Assembly (NCBI GenBank): GCA_965261735.1
Contig: OZ253470.1
Coordinates: forward strand, 1,120,001-1,184,000
Direction of reading: 5' to 3'
From: Alphaproteobacteria bacterium
Lineage (GTDB): Bacteria > Pseudomonadota > Alphaproteobacteria > SHVV01
DNA: 64,000 nt
Shown: one piece after another, positions 59,420 to 64,000 of the stretch
How the letters are laid out: the number at the start of each line of letters is the position of its first letter
How positions within the stretch are numbered: position 1 is the stretch's first letter
Notes under the pieces: generated by a model
Database searches by the model: none
What the model saw: only the letters and a program-made list of their open reading frames with translations
What the model was told of the DNA's origin: nothing
Made by a program: the position numbers and the translations under genes

Positions 59420-59608
59420 TGGCGCGGCGTCAACCAGCGAGAACGTCAATTCGGCCTCCGGCTCGCGATCCCTGTCCGAACTGCCCAGGCCGGCGTGCAG
59501 CCGGTCCATCGCGGCTCCGGCGGCGGCCTGCGCCCCCCGGACTGCCGGCCCGCCGGAACAGCGCTCCATCTTGGCGAGCTTCGCCCTGAGTTCCCCGTCA
59601 TCGACCAT
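59420..59608 (-). pseudogene. 5' fragment of a hypothetical protein
   Basis: LRAKLAKME...AAAGAAMDRL...EPEAELTFSL.D; appears degraded and truncated. Confidence 0.4.
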
Positions 59609-59667
59609 CGCAAACCGCCAGACCGGATAGGACCTCCGACAATACCATCGAACTCCAGCCTCGCTGT

Positions 59668-59824
59668 CTATGCCAAGATCGTGGCAAGGCGGGCGAGCAC
59701 CTCATCCATGATCGGCTCCGGGACGGTTTCGAGGCGTTTCCCGTTCCGGGCGGCAAGATCGAGGACGCGAGGCTGGTCGCAGCGGATCACCCCGGTCGTC
59801 CGGATGCCTGCGTCGTTGAACGAG
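59668..59824 (-). pseudogene. 3' fragment of a PemK/MazF-family toxin
   Basis: AGIRTTGVIRCDQPRVLDLAARNGKRLETVPEPIMDEVLARL. The 5' part is replaced by the IS3 end at 59825. Confidence 0.78.
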
Positions 59825-59974
59825 TGACGTTGCTCCCGGATCCCGGACCAGGCGGTAAATTGAGTACCGACCTGGAGGGACGAGATGACAAAGCAGACGA
59901 GGCGGCGATTTTCGCGGGAATACATGGAACGGTCGGTTGCCCGGCTGTCGGAGTCGGGTGCGACGCAGGCGCAG
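59825..59974 (+). mobile_element. Left-end remnant of an IS3-family element
   Basis: TGA-initiated end, GGAGG RBS, orfA-like MTKQTRRRFSREY... Confidence 0.65.
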
Positions 59975-60193
59975 AAGATAACCCCGTTCCGCTTGGGCCG
60001 CATCCGCTGGGTGACGCGCAGGGACATGACCTTGCGGGGCTCCTTGCGCCAGCCCTTCTTCGACTGCCTGTTGTCGCGGCAGGGCCGGATGTCGCCGGTT
60101 GCGAGCGACTGGGACCGCTCTATGAGATAGCGCTTGTTGTCGAGGCCGTGGCCGAATATGTGGGTCCGGTTCACTTTATCCCGGTTCCGGACT

Positions 60194-61828
60194 GGGTGTG
60201 GGTCTGGTATGGAGAATCTAAGTCATTGATTTAGTGCGTTTTTGTGTCGAGACGAACGGCCGAAAACGGCTATTCGTGACAATGGGCCGCTCCAAGGCAG
60301 GATTTTGTCACGACGGCAGGGTCGAGCAGGGGAAGGTGGGAACGCTCCGCACCGCCAGAAGCGGTACGATGCCGTGTCTCGAAACCCAACATCGGGAGCA
60401 TTCCCATGGCAGTATCCCGCCTCCGGCGCCTTCGTCCATCGATCTTTCCGGCCTGCCTCCTCGGGTCGTCGAGGCGGCCGCCCGGGTGCTCGCACTGTGT
60501 CGCGAGGAGCTTCGTTCCGAGCCGCGCCCCGAGGCGCCCGAGGAGGTCGAGTTGCGGGTGCGTGAGGCCACGAACGAGTTCGCTCGCGATGTCATGGGCG
60601 CCGTCATCGAGAACCGGGACGATGGCGCTTCCCGGATCGAGCGGGACGGGCAGAGCTGGTTCCGGGTCGCGGTGACGCCGAAGACGATCATGACCTCGCT
60701 CGCCTACCGGCGAGCGCGTTACCGCAGCGGCGCGAGCGGGGCATCGCCGGTGGCCGGTCGACGAGAGCCTGGGCCTCGTCGACGATTACCTGACGCGGCC
60801 GGCGGCCGAACTCGGTCTGCTGATGATGGGTCGCTGCACGGCCCGGGAAGCGGCGGCGTTCTTTGCGAAGACCGGCGCCATGACGCCGTCGGTGAGCGCC
60901 TGACCCTGAGCATGCACGAATGCTGGGAGAGCCTCGGCCCGGAGACGCTGGGCAGCATCCGTGAGGCCGAGGGCATACCGCAGGACGCGACCACCGCCTC
61001 GGTCTCCCTCGACGGCGTCATGGTGCCGCTGAGACCCGGCGAGGACGGTCGCGCCAAGGCCTCCTGGCGCGAGGCCGCCTGCGGCACGGTCTCCTTCCAC
61101 GACGCCGAGGGCAAGCGCCTGAAGACCCTCTATCTCGGCCCCATGCCGGAGAGCGGCAAGCTCACGCTGAAGGCGCAGCTTGCAAGCGAAGTCGCACACA
61201 TCAGGCGAGCACGCCCCGAGATCGGGATCGTCGCTATCGCCGATGGCGCCGCCGACAACTGGACCTTCCTGGAGACCCTGTCGCCCGAAACCGAGGTGAT
61301 CGACTTCTGGCATGCTTGCGAACATCTGCAAACCGCGTCCGACCATGCCGTGGCGCCCGGCTGGTTCGAGAAGTACCGCGAGATCCTCCGTCACGATCCC
61401 CGTGGCGTCGCCAAGGTGATCCGGGCGCTGCGCCACCTTCGCGATGCCGCCGCTGCGCCGGACCGGGCCGAGACCGAGCGGGAACTCGCCTTCTTCCGCA
61501 AGCATCGCCATCGCATGCGCTACCACGCCCTGAAGGAAGAGGGCATCGCCATCGGCTCAGGCGTGGTCGAGGCTGCCAACAAGATCCCTGGTGACACAGC
61601 GCATGAAGCGCTCCGGCATGCGCTGGCGGATCGTCGGCGGACAGGCTGTTCTGACCTTCCGCGCCCTGATCAAATCCGGCCGCTTCGAGCGCGCATGGAA
61701 GGCCCTGATCAGCGCAACCGACACACCGGCCAACGACAACATCAGTCCACGTGCAGCAGCCATGGCAATCGCTGCCTGAACTCAACGAACCAAGCCGCAG
61801 ACATCACTGCCATGCGAGACTCGCACCC
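60194..61828 (+). mobile_element. ISKra4/ISLre2-type (mutator-like) IS with frameshifted transposase
   Basis: Imperfect TIRs gggtgtgggtctggtatgg and gggtgcgagtctcgcatgg (15/19), TSD TCCGGACT (60186-60193 and 61829-61836). Motifs SLDG, IADGA, DFWHA.EHL, IGSGVVEAANK, RMKRSGMRW. Confidence 0.85.
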
Positions 61829-61891
61829 TCCGGACTGGTACATTATGCCGCCGTTGACGCAACGGACGAGGTGGGACTAAACCTTTGCGGC

Positions 61892-62602
61892 ATGAACCAT
61901 TCGTACGAACAAATCGAAGAGCTTCTGGCTCTCCTGAAGAGCCTTCAGGCGGAACACGGTGCGATGACGCCTGGGGAATTGGAAGGATATGTCACCGCGC
62001 TTATCGTCTGTCCCGAGACAATCCGGCTGTTTGAATGGCTGCCTGCGGTATGGGGCGACGAAGGCGCTGCCCCCTTCGGGGGCCTGTGGAAGGCGGAGGT
62101 GGCCTCGCGGATCGTCGCGAACCATTACAATCGGATATCCAAAAGTTTGTTTTACGACTCGGAGCAGTACGTGCCGCTCTACGGGGTCGACGATGACAGC
62201 GACGAGCCGTTGTGGGAGCCCTGGATCAGCGGCTTCGAGCGCGCGATGCGGATGCGCCCCGACGCATGGGAACGGGTTGTCGACAGCGGTGAGACTGAAG
62301 CCGCGGCGTCGGTCAACATGATCCTTGCATTGTCCGATATCGGCCAAGGCCAGTCGGATTTGGCGGAAGATGCCATCAAGGAAATGGACAGTATCGCCTT
62401 GGATTTGATCCCGGGCTTCGTTCAAACCCTGTATGTCTGGCCGGCATCGCGGCAGTCCGGGAACAGCGCGGGGACCGGGACCGGTGGCGAAGGGGGCTTT
62501 GGGTCGAACGTTTTACAGTTTCCCGGCCGTAAGGCGGATCGCGACACTCAGTGCCCGTGCGGTTCGGGCCGCACGTACAGGCGCTGCTGCGGTTCGAACT
62601 GA
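61892..62602 (+). CDS. UPF0149 (YecA-like) protein with SEC-C motif
   Basis: ELEGYVTALIVCPE.I...EWLP.VWG, W..GF, CPCGSGRTYRRCC. Confidence 0.9.
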   Translation: MNHSYEQIEELLALLKSLQAEHGAMTPGELEGYVTALIVCPETIRLFEWLPAVWGDEGAAPFGGLWKAEVASRIVANHYNRISKSLFYDSEQYVPLYGVDDDSDEPLWEPWISGFERAMRMRPDAWERVVDSGETEAAASVNMILALSDIGQGQSDLAEDAIKEMDSIALDLIPGFVQTLYVWPASRQSGNSAGTGTGGEGGFGSNVLQFPGRKADRDTQCPCGSGRTYRRCCGSN

Positions 62603-62857
62603 CGGGACCTGCGGGAATGGCGGGCGTGCGAATTTGCTGCCATCCGGGTTGCGAGAGCCGTTCGGTTATCCCGGCACGTCCGGCGTTGGCAATCCCGGCC
62701 GACTATGAACAGAAAAACATTCGTAACTGCCCAGATGGAATTATTCAGGCGTATTGCAACGGTCGCGCGGACGGTGCGGGGTGAGGCCCCTGAAAAGAGA
62801 ACCCGCCACGGCGAAGAGGCTGCTGCCTCCTAAATCGCCGGGAATGTTAACCCGGGA

Positions 62858-63052
62858 TCAAGCGCCTGCGGCCCTCTTCAGCGCTGCAGACGGCCGGAAC
62901 TTAAGAGCCTTGGAGGCTTTGATCCGGATCGCTTCGCCCGTTTGCGGATTGCGGCCTTTGCGCGCCGGGCGCTTGTCGACAATGCGTTTGGACTCGGCCT
63001 TGCTGATGTTGCCCCTCTTTGCGACATTCTCGATGAATGCGGCTCCGCTCAT
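62858..63052 (-). pseudogene. HU-family DNA-binding protein with internal in-frame deletion (64 aa)
   Basis: Helix 1 (FIENVAKRGNISKAESKRIVD) is joined directly to KRPARKGRNPQTGEAI.IKAS...FRPS..LK. The GFG/TFG turn region is absent. AAGGAG RBS. Confidence 0.82.
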
Positions 63053-63207
63053 GGTGTGGAGCTCCTTTTCGGTCACCGAATCGAAACGATCCTTGTAAGG
63101 ACACTGCATATAGTAGGGCTTTGGCCATATGTACACTAGGAATGGCTCAAAAGGGGATATTTCAATAAGATGTAGGGTGCGCCCCTCGTGGAGAGGGAGA
63201 GCGGGCG

Positions 63208-63930
63208 ATGTCGCTAGGATATAGTCGAGACAGGAAACGATCTCATTTCTGGCGCCGCCTGTTTCGCTGGCTCGTGGTGCTGGCGCTGGGCTTCGCCGCC
63301 GGTCTGCTGGCCGAGCGGTACGGCTCGATTTTGGCTGGACGAAGCGTAGCGGAGTTTGAGGCGGAGGTGGCGGGGCTCTTCGAGACCGTGGCCGAGCTGG
63401 AGATCGCGAACGCCCGGCTGCAAGGCACCGTCGAGGCCGACGCCGTGAGGATCGCCGAGCTCGAACGCCGCTACGAGCGCGATGTCGCACCGACCGAGGC
63501 AAGGGAACTGCTCGACGCCGTTCGCGACCGGCTCGCCGCGGGTGTCGAGCAATCCCGCCTCGTCTTCGTTATCCGCGCCGCGAGAAACGAGCGCGAGTGC
63601 GCGGAGGTGCCCGCGACCCGGCGGTTCGTCGTACAGACGCCCATCTACGACGGCCCCAACGACTCGGTGAGCTTCGCCGAGAACACGATCACGGTGACTG
63701 CCCAAGGCCGCTCGGCCACCGACGAGGCCGGCAATCCCGAGGCCTGGTTCGATCCCGTCCACCCGATCACGCTCAGTTTCACCGGGATCGGCGGCGAACG
63801 AACGGATGTCGAAGGTATCCTGCCGCTCCATCACGCGATGGTCCGGGCCGGCACCGAGTATCGATTCAGCGTCGTGTCCGGAGACCGCGCCTTCGTCGAG
63901 GTAACGGCGGAGGCCTGCGCCTACCCCTGA
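63208..63930 (+). CDS. Hypothetical membrane-anchored coiled-coil protein
   Basis: 240 aa, N-terminal TM helix, heptad-like region, GGAG RBS. Confidence 0.75.
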   Translation: MSLGYSRDRKRSHFWRRLFRWLVVLALGFAAGLLAERYGSILAGRSVAEFEAEVAGLFETVAELEIANARLQGTVEADAVRIAELERRYERDVAPTEARELLDAVRDRLAAGVEQSRLVFVIRAARNERECAEVPATRRFVVQTPIYDGPNDSVSFAENTITVTAQGRSATDEAGNPEAWFDPVHPITLSFTGIGGERTDVEGILPLHHAMVRAGTEYRFSVVSGDRAFVEVTAEACAYP

Positions 63931-64000
63931 GCCCCCTGCCCAACCTTGCCGCCGCGCTTGGCGGCGACCATGGCCCTGGTGCTTGAAGCGATCACGTTCC

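Noticed and set aside
59668-60174. 168-aa ORF as a single gene
   Set aside because: It is a chimera of an unknown fragment, an antisense IS3 end and a PemK tail.
60234-61880. 548-aa intact transposase
   Set aside because: The frame drifts out of and back into the transposase, and the RMKRSGMRW tail lies in another frame, so it is a frameshifted pseudogene.
62700-62735. Possible IS terminus (aacattcgtaactgccc) and a 42-aa ORF at 62705
   Set aside because: No matching inverted end, TSD or transposase was found, so it cannot be supported.

Overview
High-GC bacterial DNA, probably from an Alphaproteobacterium (inference from gene content and typical -AAAE C-termini). About 1-52 kb is a dense library of catabolic enzymes: seven Rieske oxygenase alpha subunits (one IS-disrupted, only one with a beta subunit), a stand-alone CoxL/Xdh-type molybdoprotein, an LLM monooxygenase, two amidohydrolases, two alpha/beta hydrolases, hydantoinase A/B, two MmgE/PrpD proteins, acyl-CoA enzymes, a Dpp-type ABC transporter and two orphan solute-binding proteins. 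I found no recognisable transcription regulator, ferredoxin or Rieske reductase. Mobile DNA is layered on top. The most striking element is a complete 3.17-kb IS1595-family transporter IS (23-bp perfect TIRs, 8-bp TSD) carrying a coupled three-gene passenger operon centred on a DNA methyltransferase-HNH nuclease fusion. There are also three damaged copies of a second IS1595 element, two IS256 copies (one nested in IS1595 with an unusual 25-bp target duplication), an ISKra4/ISLre2-type element, and IS3, IS630 and IS5-like scraps in an IS graveyard at 52.7-62 kb. A 48-bp direct repeat shows that foreign DNA replaced the 3' end of a Rieske gene. Many genes carry short deletions or tandem duplications, which suggests ongoing erosion. 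No rRNA, tRNA or CRISPR array was found. All family calls come from motif recognition by eye; no database search was run.
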